A DNA stretch of 64,000 nt from Antedon mediterranea. Taxonomy: Eukaryota; Animalia; Echinodermata. The translations under genes and the position numbers were made by a program. Shown piece after piece: positions 38,713-52,314 of the stretch. The notes beneath the pieces were generated by a model. It worked only from the letters and a program-made list of their open reading frames with translations, was not told the DNA's origin and did no database searches. Location: the NCBI RefSeq assembly GCF_964355755.1, contig NC_092679.1, positions 24,964,632 to 25,028,631 of the forward strand, in the 5' to 3' direction. Position 1 is the first letter of the stretch; the number at the start of each line of letters is the position of its first letter.

Positions 38713-39451
38713 GTATGTTCGATTTTTACTCCTTTTCATATTTTAAAAATTGAATAGAGAAGAAATATTGGTGAAGAAATTGTTAAAAAGATTAAAAACA
38801 GTTCAGTACATGTGTGACCATTATCAGGGTGTTGAGTAATTGGTCAGATGTTTGACCATTATCAGGGTGTTGAGTAATTGGTCAGATGTTTGCCTAATTC
38901 TAACGTAATTTGTACTTCATATAAAGTACATTGAAAATAGTTATCAAGTAATTCTCTGGTGGAACACACAAAAACAAGTAAAGCTACTCCACAGTAGTTA
39001 CAAACAATTACTGTACAATCCTGTTGGTGCAGTACCCGCTACATATTCAAGACATTCTACATCTCCTAAAGGATGCGATGACAGAATGCTCAAAATGCAT
39101 CACAGATGATCCATTCTTCTTGTAGCTTATGGATACCACATCACAGCTGTTTCAATAATACAAATTAAGTCATGCACCCTCAACGTTACACCACATAGAT
39201 TCAGAACATTAGATGAATTAATCCAAAATGTAATCATGTTATGGAGCGTTTTGGTACGTTATTTAGTAGAAATGGCCGTGATACAACACTGAAGTCCGAG
39301 GTGGATATCGTCATAATTCATTTGCTTATTATTGTAAACGCTGCTTAGTAAATAGTAATAGTAGAAAATCTATCAAATTTTTGCCGACCATATTTTGACT
39401 GAAATTTTATGGATTCTGTATATGTGGACGAAATTATTTGTTTGCTTTTAG

Positions 39452-39551
39452 AACACTGTGGATAAACTGATTAAGAAAGCGAACCTATCTCTTGTTGTTG
39501 GTACATCATCATGGCGTGAGCAGTTTACAGAAGCCCTTGCTGTCAGTGCTG
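39452..39551 (+). CDS. SLC8A: NCX coding exon 4
   Basis: NTVDKLIKKANLSLVVGTSSWREQFTEALAVSA; canonical splice sites. Confidence 0.95.
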
Positions 39552-39971
39552 GTAAGACATCTTAATCCCCTGCTTACTTTGCAAAATGAACAATTCTTAA
39601 TTTGTACCAATTTCAATCTATATTTGTTTCAAGGTATAATTTAATAGAGGTAACATTTTACATGGTTAAATATATGTTCTTGTTGTAGGAACTAAATAAG
39701 CTTTAAGATTAGGTTTAGGTTCAGGAACAATCGAATGGAGGGAGACATTTTGTTGACAAAACCCAAACGCACGGATCCATGTCTGTATTTCCATTCCACA
39801 TTAGTAAACCAAATAAGTTATTGCAGCTTCGGTTTGTTGATTTGATTTAATCTAGCTTTGATTAAACAAGATGTAAAATGAAAATGTAATATCCAACAGG
39901 ATATGACACAAGAAGTTTATATTTTAGATTGACTATGTAAGAATTATTGAAATATTGAATTGTTTTTACAG

Positions 39972-40241
39972 GAGATGAAGAAGGAGATGACAGTGAGGAA
40001 AAACTACCATCATGTTTAGATTATGTAATGCACTTCCTTACCATATTTTGGAAAATCTTGTTTGCATTTGTTCCACCAACGGATATCTGGGGTGGTTGGG
40101 CATGTTTCTGTGTTTCCATCTGTATGATTGGAATTCTAACTGGTGTGATAGGCGACTTGGCTTCATCTTTTGGATGTACTATACAATTAAAAGACAGTGT
40201 AACAGCTATATCATTTGTTGCACTCGGCACTAGTGTTCCAG
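39972..40241 (+). CDS. SLC8A: NCX coding exon 5 (TM6-7, alpha-2 repeat start)
   Basis: (G)DEEGDDSEEKLPSCLDYVMHFLTIFWKILFAFVPPT...DSVTAISFVALGTSVP. Confidence 0.95.
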
Positions 40242-41084
40242 GTTAGTAAATTTTTTCATCAATCTATTTTTAGAATAAATAATTTACAATTAACTTTATC
40301 AAAACTGCAAAATGGCCTCTTCAAAGTCTGATTTTTTTAATCTTCATGTTTTTGGGGAGACAATACATTTTTAAAATAATATCTATCCAAAAAGTTTTGT
40401 TTCTATCTATAGGATCTTAAATTCCCTACATTTTTAGAGCACAATAATAAGTTTTACCAGTTTTGTTTCTATCTATAGGATCTTAAATTCCCTACATTTT
40501 TAGAGCACAATAATAAGTTTTACCAGTTTTCACCCATTTTTATGGATTTTGACTGACTTAACAATTTGTGTGTATAAGCCAAATATTAGCAAGTCTGCTA
40601 AATGTCTAGTATTTAAATGTGAGTGTATGACTGAGATTATAATTCAGTTCTTAGGGTATGTTCACACATATGGCATAAGGCTAGTATAAATTGTACTATT
40701 ATACTGACGATAACTCACTACGCCATTTCGTTGCTGTTATTACATGACATCTTAGCTATTGCCATAGAGCTTACTCAAGTGATGCTAGAATACTTACGAA
40801 ATAGGTTTTTTCATCAAGTATACAGTATAGTACTTTGATTGGTACTATAATAAACAGTAAACAAGCTGTACATCTAAAGGTATGGTGCAAGAAAATATCT
40901 TTCAGAAAAGAATTGTGGTCATGAATTGGAAATCAAATTCTGGCAATAAAAATGGGCACAAAAGAGTCCTCCGTCATCGTGTCTAGCCAGCCTTACACCA
41001 TATGTGTGAACCATAGGTGAGTGAAAACGTGCAAGGAATACTTTTCTTTCTTTTTAAGTAATGTTTAATGTTGCTTTTTTTTAG

Positions 41085-41464
41085 ATACCTTTGCCAGTAA
41101 AGTTGCAGCTGTAGGTGACAAGTATGCAGATGCATCTATTGGTAATGTGACTGGAAGCAATGCAGTAAATGTGTTCCTGGGTATAGGAATTGCCTGGTCA
41201 TTGGCAGCAATATATCATGCAATAAATAGTCAAAAATTTACTGTTGAAACTGGTTCACTTGGTTTTTCGGTAACTCTTTTTACATTATTTGCCTTGGTTG
41301 TCATTAGTGTTCTGATGGTTAGGCGCAAAGTATCCTCAATTGGTGGTGAATTGGGAGGCCCAAAAAACTTCAAGATGCTAACTACAATTACATTTGTCAT
41401 GATTTGGATGCTCTACATTATGTTATGTAGTTTTGAGGCATATGGTTATATTGAAGGATTTTAA
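41085..41464 (+). CDS. SLC8A: NCX last coding exon (alpha-2 repeat, TM8-10); spliced product ~918 aa
   Basis: (D)TFASKVAAVGDKYADASIGNVTGSNAVNVFLGIG...GGELGGP...EAYGYIEGF*. Exon lengths sum to 2757 nt, in frame. Confidence 0.95.
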
Positions 41465-43825
41465 AGATAACTGCTGTCCGATTAAATCAAAATGTGAATT
41501 GTTGAAAATCCAATTACATAGAAAATAGCAATAGAGAAACTTGGGTACATTATGCAAGTATTATTCAATAAATTCAGATGTCTTTGTTTTGAGTGGTTCT
41601 ATTATTATTGAAATTATCAATTGTTTTTTTTTTATTTACAAACCCATTTGCTGTACACAAGAAAGTACATTTATCTTATGTTTGTGGATATCAAACTACT
41701 GTAGTAATACATTTCTATTAAAAGAAAAACATACTTATTCTGTTAGAATAATTTTGAATTGATAAAATGTATGCATAATGTATTTTATTTATTCCAGTGA
41801 ATCATTTATAGATAGATGATAATGTATTAACTGTACTGTAGGTTAAATCTATTTTCCAATTAATTTTACAAACCAAATAATTAAAGTAAGCCTCTGGCAT
41901 AATGATGTGCTGTGCATGTATTAGGGATTTGTAGGTTTGTTTGGCTGAAATTGTAGTGCAATTTTAATGTAGGCAATATAATATTATTTAAAGATTAGAT
42001 TTATTTATTAAGCTTTGATAAGTAAGTTACAAATGTTATTCTCTGAGTGCCTGAATGTTGGAATTACAAATCAATATTTCATGTACTTTGTGAATCTGTA
42101 AAGAATTAGTATAAGTTGAAACATTAATGCATAAATAACATTTAACAGTACTCCTATAATTACTATAGTTCTTAGCTCCTATATAATACCCCTTCTACAT
42201 TATCACCACTACACTCAGTTGATTCAACACACCGGGATGTCAAGCTCTGTGATCATGGACAGTCAACTAGTTCCCAATAACTGAGCTGGATCGAGGCAGA
42301 ATTCTTCCTGGGAAAGTCCTTTGATTTACTCAACTTGTGTCAGTGAAATTAGTTGTACAACTTGCAAACTCCAAATGGATAATGTCAAATTTTAACATTT
42401 TCAGGTTCCATGCTATATTAATTATATTTTTCACTAAAAATAGTTTGGTGACACATTTAAAGACACATTCTCAACATTTTTTCAGTCTATTTTAAGGTCA
42501 CAACCTATATTTTTTTGTAAAAATGAATCCTATGTGGACCTATTGCGATACTTTTTTGTTCTAACATTGTATCACCTTGTCAACTCATGTTGATGAAGGG
42601 AAAACACATGATCAATGTAATGTTTTGTTGTAACATTGTATCACCTTGTCAACTCATGTTGGAAAACACATGATCAATGTAAAATTTTACGAATATAACC
42701 TGATAACATAAATAATAATTAAAGCAGCAACCTCAAAAACGTTTGTCGCAAAAAAGTCTCCCTTGTTTATTTCACTCGCAATGTATTTTATGAGCTAGGC
42801 CTAAAACGATTTACTTCCTAGCTTGACTGTCGATTTTGCTGTTTGAAAATTGGCCCAGATCCAATCCTATAAAAATGAGATCATTTCTTGGAAAAAAAAG
42901 ACTATATTGCTAGAGTACGATGTTTGTAGGTTACCACTAAGTTTAGAGCCTACGTTACTAGCCTAGGTAGAGAACATTGACATGAACTACACTTCAAGTA
43001 CATTCTTTTTCTCTTTTTATCATAATTAATCATAGAACATACATTTAAGAAAGGTTTAATGTTTTTAAAGTAATACAGGTTATATGCATTATTTTTACAC
43101 CAAAAAAAATGCAGGGAATGTGTCTTTAATTTGCTTATAATTATGACTCTTGATTGTAATTTCTTATGTAAATAATCTAATGTACATATTTTGTTTTTCA
43201 CCATCGGCAATCATTGTAGTATATAAGGATCCAACCAGGTTCTTCACATAAATGGAGATGGTCTCTCCAAGATCAAATCAGTGGTTGACAGTGTAATAGA
43301 GGTATTACTTGAGAAACCCAACTGCCAGTAGGTTATAGATTTCAGAAAAACAAATTTAAAAAACAAACTTAATTGAAATATGAATGTTGGATATTTATTA
43401 TACTGTATATATATGGTATGTAGGAATGGTACAATTTTTGCATAAAATCTATTATGTAATAATAATTCCCTCTTGTTGACATTTAACATATAACCAACAA
43501 AATTAATAGCATGCTTATCCTATTTCATTAATATTTATATTATACTGTAAAAAGATCTGATAATTATTAAAGATATCTTTTCCTCCTGAAATTTATAATT
43601 TTTTGTTGAATTGTCCTTTTTAATTTCACATAATAGACTTTGACCAAAAATTGGATCAGGAAAAAAAATGTATCTGATAAAACCTGAAAGCCTGTCTGCG
43701 AGTCAATGGGTTTTTGATGAAATTTGACCTTTTTTTGTAAATCATTTTTTTTAATTAATTAATAACTTTATTAAATATACAAAGTGATGTATATGAATGG
43801 TATTTCTCTAGAAATTATATAATAA

Positions 43826-43963
43826 TAATTCATAATAATGGTACACAAACAAACTTTATTAAATATACAAAGTGATAATAATTCATAATAATGGTACACA
43901 AACAAACTTTATTAAATATACAAAGTGATAATAATTCATAATAATGGTACACAAACAAACTTT
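43826..43963. repeat. ~50-bp tandem repeat x~3
   Basis: ATAATTCATAATAATGGTACACAAACAAACTTT recurs three times. Confidence 0.8.
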
Positions 43964-46357
43964 CCAGTTTAATGGATTAAGATTTATTACTGTATTGATA
44001 AATATTGTAAATTTGTTTCAGTGAACTTGAATATGTAATATTGTAAAAAATTGCAATTTCCCATACAGAGGAGACATTTAACATTATACAGTAATAAATT
44101 TAAATACATTTAATGTTTTTAAATATAACATTTTTATCACATATGCTAATTAATTCAATGACATTAGCTTTAAGATATTGCATCCAGTCAGTAAGTTTGT
44201 TTTGATGTGTTAAAATATAGATAGTTAGAGTGAAGTGTTTAATGCCACATCGCCAACTCATCAAATGCACAAATGAATTTGATTTCTACTGTATGTAGTG
44301 TATAGGACATTTTTCTATGTATGATGTAGGCCTGCATTTGGTTATAGTAACAGGGTGGAAACAGTGTCATATATAACTGACCATGTTCTTCCCCAAACTT
44401 ATAGAAAATAAATACATATATTAAAAAAAAATCAATTTTTTACTTATAATTATATATTGGCAGTACTGAATTATTTAATAAATATAATGTGTGTCAGTGT
44501 GGTATGTACAGTGTATACTCATGGATTCCTTATGAGTATGTGTGCGTAGAGTTTATAAGATTTCATTCTATTCTAAAAGGGTGTTAACTTATATGACAGA
44601 ATAATATTTAAAAGGCTTGTATGCCACAATTGCATTTTAAGAGCAATTATTTAAAATATTTTTAGCTGTGCAATATACCCATCAATACAGATAGTATTAC
44701 ATATTCTATTATGTATGTATTACTGTGCAATACAATTGCATGTCATTTAATTATATAAACAACGTATTTATTCATGGTAGAGCTATTTTAGGAAGTCTTA
44801 TGTGATTTGAATATACACTAGGCCTATAATAAAGTAATAATGCAGTAATGATTTGTGTAATTATTTATAATGTATTGGACCCCAATGATTCCGTGACAAT
44901 AAATGCCAAGATTGCATTGTGAGATTTCATTTGTTAAATTGCTTGAGCAGTACATACAATGGCATTCTAGTATTGTGTAACTAAGGCAATTCAATTTAAC
45001 TATAATAACTATCTCTATATTACATTATTTTACTAGTTTATATTCAGGTATATTATGAATAATGTATTTAGTTTATTCAACTTTCAATATGTACTGTACG
45101 ATTTTGCGATAGTATAACACAATATATATTTGTATATAAAATAGAATTCCTCTTTCCTCATTTTAAAATGTATAATTATATTTTTTTTTGATTATATGTT
45201 TATTACATTTAACTGGAATTTATAAAAAACCCCAAAACCAGAAACCCTCCAGCATAATTGTTTTTTTCATGAAAAGCAATTGTTTTAACTGGTGCTTTAT
45301 TATTTAACTGCTATATAACCTGGTTTTAAATAACTTTATTTGATGATTATGTTTGAACTGTCAAATTTAGTGTGATACAAAATATCAAGGTAAAGTTACC
45401 ATATTACTACAGTAATTTATTCTTATTATATATAGTCAGATGTGGTAACATTGATAATGATATCAAACACCTTCAAATCCAATTGATGCTCACTGTTAAT
45501 ACATTATAAACATAGTTTAAGGCTGGTATCAGCTTGATTTTTGTACTGAAACCTTGCTGTGTTGTGATAACTGACTGCCAACCTGCTGTGAATGCTTTCT
45601 TCAGAAATCTTTGTATTTCAAAGTCAATTAAAGAGTACATGCAATCTAAAATCAGTCTGGTATTTTCTTTATATAGGTTATCTGCACTATTATATACTTT
45701 TTTTCTTTCTTATGCATTTAAATTGGGTAAATGCAACAATTATAAATAATAATTAATGCATAAATAAAGACTATTATGATCTATCTTTGAGTTAAAAATA
45801 TGCATGGAATTTGGTACAAATGTCAATGACAGTCGGTTTCTTGACATATAAGCTCTAGGTGCCAGTAGCCGGCCTGACTTGTTCTTATAAAATCTCACAT
45901 GTATTAGATGTTTCTTATTTTCTAAAATTTTACTTAATTTACTTTTAAGACCTGTTTTTCATAAAGATATCTTAAATCATTAACCGTACAACCAATTATA
46001 TTTGATCTATCAATCTTAGTATTCATGAGACCTTTCTTGTGTGTTTTATTTAAATTACCGAAAATTATCCAAACCAGGAAATAGATAACTAGTACTGATT
46101 GAATCACTTTCCTAGAATAATTTAAAAGTACAGTAATTTTAATAATAATAACAACATCTAACATTAAACTTATTTAGGTTTCTGAGGAAATATAACCTTT
46201 GGTGACCTTTTTTGATTATCTTGGCCGTATTTTTTTCAGAGCTGAGTTGATCATCACTATGTGTACTGTACCAGGATATTTGGTTTCACACGTACGTTCA
46301 TGTCTGTTCATTACCTATGATGTTTTCTTTTTAGATTAAAAAAAAAATGTATCTTAA

Positions 46358-47995
46358 AGGGGGATTCTGGGTTTAAAATTGCTTTTAAATATCGTTTATT
46401 TATTAAATAAAAAACATTATAACAATATAGACATGTCAGAATGAAGAAGTAATAACGAGAAATTAAAAAAATTAAATTTCATATACATTTTAGGGTAAAT
46501 TCATGGAAAGTCTGTTTTTCAGCAGCTTAGGGAAGCTCATTAATATTCATGAGATATTCACAAAATCACGTCATCAGTGGATTCCAAACTCACGACGTCA
46601 AGCTTGTACGTTATGTTCTCTCTCCTCTGTCAAACGATGACCACCCGATCATTGTGAAATACATTTTTTTGTAGATTTGCTAAGCTAGGCCTAAAGTGTA
46701 ATAATAACAGTAGTAGCATATATTTATTTGACATTTAATGAAATACAAAATTTAGTACAGATTACGGAGTCATAAATTATACTAATTTTATACCTCGAAT
46801 TAATAATAGTACAGATCGTATATCGGCTTCACGTACTAGTAGGCTAGGCCTAAATCATTTTATTCATGCCGGGGTGAGAGCCATTTCTGACTAGGGATTC
46901 CATGCCACGATGGCTACGTTAAAACATTGCATTGGGGCCATCATTCATGGGCCTAGCTAGCCTATTACTGAACGATTGGCCCATAAATAACAAAACTCAG
47001 TGGATTCCAAACCCATCCTATCAAAACCAAACTCCTAAACAATCTAGGCCTAAACCTAAAACGTTCTACAAAAATCGGCTGTAAATATTGAGGCAAAACA
47101 AGGTCCGATCGCCGTCCGCACGTCTAATAAGTAGGCCTAGTTAGTTTACTCTCCAAAAAAGCGGATACTGCATCAAGCAAGTAGACCGGTAGTAGGAAGG
47201 AGACCTACCTAGCCTAGCCTAGCCGATCCGGCCCAGTTAAAAATTGAGCTAGCTAGTGTAGTAGACCCTATGGCATTATGCGAATTGATACTACCAGGCC
47301 TTTTACTATAGGCTACACTTGTTAAAATTAGCAATACTGTACTTATGTTTACAAATATTCCAACTCTCTCATTCGAGCTATATTATCTATACCATTCCGG
47401 TAGGTTGAGTCGACCTTCAATCAAATACTGTACATCGTTCATGTTGTGATATAGACGGGGTATACTCGACCCGACCAGTTTGGTATTGTATACTGTATCT
47501 GCTTATCACGTGACGATGCCAGGCATGGGCAGAGAGAGCACGTGTATCGTCGTCTCGCTCTCCTCGCTCAGCAGGTGGTGCAGGATTGTATACGTTACGC
47601 TTCATTGATTTTGAAGGCTTTCCCTAAGTCAGTGCGAAAATCGGCAAACGTAAAGTGCAAACTTATCTAATTTTTCACTGTTTTGATGGATTTTCATAGA
47701 AAATTGATTTTATAAATGGGAAGACCGACTAAAATTACATAAGATAAGTATAATTTTACAAAAGTAATTGATATGGTTAATGATAACGAGTCGTCGGAAG
47801 ATTGACCATTTCACGAATTTCGTATTCTGTAACCACAGTGTGATTTTGCCGTAGCTGCACTTGTAATCTGGCCTCATTTCACAGCCTTCGTTCTGCTTCA
47901 CTGGACGCTTATATAAATTGAAACTTTTACCGTTCAAGAGACAAACAAATATATTTTACATTTTTTACTATTCATTTTAAACCCGGAACCCCCCT
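46358..47995 (+). mobile_element. Kolobok-like non-autonomous element (1638 bp), copy 2
   Basis: TTAA at 46354-46357 and 47996-47999; constant offset of 27138 from copy 1. The incidental ORFs 47417/20279 and 47710/20572 translate identically. Confidence 0.9.
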
Positions 47996-48335
47996 TTAAG
48001 GTAATTGTCATTGCAATGATATTGCTGTTGAAAAGTAAGGGGAAAATCCGAACCACCCCACAAAAAACACATGGGATGGTGGAGGGGATAACACCACACC
48101 ACAGGATCTGCGCCGTTGCTATTGCATGACATTAATTCAAACCACCAACTTTACCTGGTTTATTTTGCTAAATTTTATCATTCCGATTTAGTAATATTTA
48201 TCTGTCTGGTCCACAGACTGCAGCCACCATTACCCTTTAACACAATTTAAACCTCCTACATGAGAGATTGTCATCTCCCGACGGTTCATTATAATCTCGG
48301 ACTTCCAAACTATTATTTGTGTTTATAAGTAGGCC

Positions 48336-49976
48336 CAAAGAATATATATCACAAGAATGAGTATTCCGCGATTTTTGCATGAGAAATTTGTAACAGAGAG
48401 CTCCAGAGAGTGATGCCCGCCCTCATAAGGGCGGATGTATATGTTATGCGCGATTTGAACGATTTGCGCAATTTGAAATTGCGCAAAAAAAATCCTTGCG
48501 CAATTTGAATTGAAACATGTGTTTCAAATTGCGCAAGCAACGTATTAAATTGCGCAAGTAATCTGCAAATTGCGCAAGGTTTTTCGACAGATTGTGAAAT
48601 CATGCACACCCATATTTTTATAGTAATTTCTAAGAATGATTCAAAATTAAAGATAAATATCGCATTTCCTTATTTTAGTAGTGCAAATATTGTTATAAGT
48701 TAGCATACCGTCGAAGAACCGACGAAGGAAAACGAAGCGGTGGTGTTCCACCAGGCGGGCGCGGCGCGGGCGGCCGGCTATACTACTCTAGCCTAGCTAG
48801 GGTCTGGACTACTGATACTGACTAGGTTACATGGCCTAGCTTAAACTAATATTAAAAACTTAAAAAGTGAGTACTGTATTAACATTATCTTCATTGAAAT
48901 GGTCTTATTTACCCTATATAATAAAATACTAAATTTTAAACTCCTCTGCCTAGGCCTAGCCTAGCCATGTATGGGAAAATTTACAGTTCGTTTTCAAATT
49001 GCGCAAAGGTGTCATATTGCGCAAGAACTATCTTGCGCAATTTACAAATTGTGCAGCGCAATTTAAAATTGCGCAAAGATTTCTTGCGCAATTTGAAATT
49101 GCGCAAGTTGATTGCGCAATTTGAAATTGCGCAAAAAAATCCTTGCGCAATTTTAAATTGCGCAAGAATTCTTTGCGCAATTTCAAATTGCGCAAGGATT
49201 TTTTTGCGCAATTTCAAATTGCGCAAATCGTTCAAATCGCGCATAACATACTAAATAAGACTTGATTTAATAGATATTATACATGTCACATTAAATAGAA
49301 TTATGATAATATATTTTGCAATTGTAAACTATTTTATAATACGTATTTATTAACAAACTAGTGTACATTCACTTTTACAGACAATTATTTACTAACATGC
49401 TAAGTTAGTTCACAAAAAAAGCCTAACACAGCAACACCAAAAATCAACGAATCGTTACTCAGCACGGCCTATTCTTTACCATTGCCATGTACTACTCTAC
49501 GCCCGGTAAATTAAGTATTGTTTTTATGATAAAAATTAGTATAAAATACATGTTATTAATAGGACAAAATGTTAAATATCATTAACATTTATTTGTTTTA
49601 CCAGAAACAAGTTAAATATAGGAATATTATTAAACTATCGTTCGTGAAAACGCGTAAACACCAACACGCCCGGTCACGCTATCGTAGCGCCCGGTTGATA
49701 AAGCAAACTGTTTATACGGCAGTTTTTACTAAATAAATTGCATAAAACGAACAATTAAACATCCAAATAGTATTTAACATGATGTTGGCATGTAGTTTAT
49801 AACATTTTTATCATGAAAATACTACCGGTGGTCCAGCCTTTGATTAGTGAAACCGTCACAAAAAGTTGTATACATCCCAGATACATCCACACTTATGGCG
49901 GCGCCCTACCACATGGACAATATTACTGTTACAGGGAAAATCGCGGATTACTCATTCTTGTGATATATATTCTTTG
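48336..49976. mobile_element. P-superfamily-like non-autonomous element, 7-bp TSD, immediately upstream of ZNF839
   Basis: ~40-bp TIR CAAAGAATATATATCACAAGAATGAGTA(T/A)TCCGCGATTTT (1 mismatch); GTAGGCC at 48329-48335 and 49977-49983; CA...TG termini. Confidence 0.8.
48442..49248. mobile_element. MITE with modular TTGCGCAA-repeat TIRs nested in the P-like element (TA flanks)
   Basis: TGTTATGCGCGATTTGAACGATTTGCGCAATTTGAAATTGCGCAA / TTGCGCAATTTCAAATTGCGCAAATCGTTCAAATCGCGCATAACA; TA at 48440-48441 and 49249-49250. Confidence 0.8.
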
Positions 49977-50315
49977 GTAGGCCTCAGTATTAATGTTATT
50001 TATGTGACGCGCCATAAGTACTGAACTGTAAAAAGTTTTGGTCCCAATGCTCGGGATTGAGGGCGTTCATTTTACCATGTGACCGAAACTGTATGTCGCG
50101 ACTCTACTCTATAACTGCACACACACACACTGTACACAGGCTAGGCCGCCGCCGACGCCGCAAGACATAAACACTAATACTATCGGTTCACGCTAGGCCT
50201 AGGCCCGGCCCTAGTCTTCACACTAAATTCAACGAAGAAGTGATAAAAACCGATCTTTGAAAAACCACAATTTATCCGGGAAAATGTTAGGTTAATCATA
50301 ATATAAATAGGTACT

Positions 50316-51730
50316 ATGGATATTGTTTCAATGGCACTTAGCAGTGCACAACGTAATTCTGAATTGTTGGTAGGGCTAGGCCTAACCCAGCCTGAAAACC
50401 ATCATGGTGGCCAAACGGAGGAAGAAGGTGTCGTCGCTCGTGAACATTCAATGATGGACAGAGATTCTGAGTTAGGGCTACTAGGCCTAGGCCTAGATTC
50501 AAATACATGTAGGCCTGCTTCAACTCATGGGGCTGTTGTTAGTACTCTGGTAGGTAGTATTTCAGAAAACTGTGCACCCGTTTTTATGATGGGGCAAGAT
50601 GAGTTATTAAGACCATCAAATAAAAATTTAATTTTGAGGAAAACAGAAAAAAATACAGAAGAGTTGTCTAGACCTACTACCGGTCCTAGAAATACACAAA
50701 ATCTTCAAAATGGAAAAACTATTAATATGACATCAATTAACGTTGCTAGAAATTTTGATTCTGCAAAACTCAATAAAATAACTACAGCAAGCAGCAGTAG
50801 CCTTGGAATGCACCCTATACCGGTTGAACTATCATCGTCTACAAGTGCGGCAAGTAGTATACTTGGATCAATTGCAAGCATGATTGACCCAAATGCTGCA
50901 AATCTAATGAGTACTATCTCAACTAGTAGTGTATCTAGCAACCAGTCAGACTCTTCTGTTATAAGTAGAACAAATCGTAGTGCTGACATGTTTTCAAAGG
51001 TTGGTCCTCCAATACCTTCTACAGTGCCACAACCAATTGCCAAAGAAGAGCAAACGTTATCACCAATACCGCTTCAGACAAAATCTGCTGCAACAATTAC
51101 AATTAAAACACCCCCAGGAACATCACTAACTGGACCAAGTGGTTCAATGAGTGGGCCACTTTTACAAACAATTCTTAACAATGCAGAGGTACAAGCTTTG
51201 ATGAAACGAAATCCTGGACAACAAATCACGATTGTACAGGTACCTGATGAGTCATTGGGAAGTGGAAATTGGGGGATTAATTCTAGTATAAAATCTGCGA
51301 TTAATGAAGCAAATAAATTCATCCCAGCAACTAACACAAAAACTAATCAGGTACAAGTAGGTCGTAAACGAAAGAAATTTGATGAACCTGATGAAAAACA
51401 GAAAACATTGAAAGTGACACGTCCTGTGAAAAAAATAACAAGGTCTGGACGGATTTCTCGACCACCACTTTATCGCATCAGAGACTATAAAACAATACTT
51501 CCAACAGAAGAAGTCGAAAGTGATTCATCAGAGGAGGAGTACGAAGATTATACTGACAAAAATGACAAAGATATTTCTATCCTTTCGGATAAGCCTAAGA
51601 ACTTTAAATGCACAAATTGTGATAAATCTTACATTGGTCAGGCAAGTTTAGATCGTCATTTTCGGCAGAACCCCACTCATGGTACACCAGTAGGCCTATC
51701 TCCTGTAAAGAAACAGTCTGATATTCAAAG
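50316..51730 (+). CDS. ZNF839: ZNF839-like protein, coding exon 1 (low-complexity N-terminus, TRSGR.SRPP motif, atypical C2H2 finger)
   Basis: ITRSGRISRPPLYRIRDYKTI and FKCTNCDKSYIGQASLDRHFRQNPTHG match my recollection of vertebrate ZNF839 (TRSGRVSRPP..; [27 protein letters not shown]); donor AG|GTAAAT. Confidence 0.85.
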
Positions 51731-51991
51731 GTAAATCAATTTGATGTTTCAAAATTAAATTAATGTCTAAATATATGACTAAACAGTTTTAAATTTTGCC
51801 TATGCCTGGGAATTTATGTACAGTATAAAATAAAACATAATTATAAAAATTTATTTCAGTAAAGCCACTCGCGCTCTTGTGTATTGAATGATCTGAAAAT
51901 GTATTAATACTTTGTGATGAAATACAAAGTTGTAAATGGTTGATGAGTGAGAGCATATAATAGATAACAAAATATTGCCTTTTTTAATTAG

Positions 51992-52262
51992 TGAACAGAT
52001 AGATTCTAAAGATTTCGGAAAACTGGATCAGATTTCATCAGAACCTGGTGAATATATCCCTGTTGAGACTGCATCCTCTCAGCTATCAAGGGTACACAAC
52101 CCATTGATGAGAGGCCGTGGTAGAGGGGTCAGGAAACGTAGAGGTCGTGGACGACCCCCAGTATGCAATTACAATAACAAGACCTACAATTCTGCAGGGG
52201 TGTTTTCAATGAAAAACACAGAAAAACTTCCACTGGATAAGAGGAAACAAAAAGCAAAAGAG
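51992..52262 (+). CDS. ZNF839: ZNF839-like coding exon 2 (RGRGRPP AT-hook-like motif)
   Basis: EQIDSKDFG...RGRGRGVRKRRGRGRPP...KRKQKAKE; phase-compatible splice sites. Confidence 0.8.
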
Positions 52263-52314
52263 GTAATGTCTCTATTTTTATTTTTAGTTCTATTAATTGG
52301 TTTAAAAAACATGA

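Noticed and set aside
43239-43331. Possible orphan terminal exon CAG|VLHINGDGLSKIKSVVDSVIEVLLEKPNCQ* (and coding-like 42190-42400)
   Set aside because: No polypyrimidine tract, no recognisable homology and no partner exons; cannot be supported without RNA-seq or a translated search.
48349-49254. LRN/AQF-repeat ORFs
   Set aside because: Translations of the TTGCGCAA modules of the MITE on both strands.
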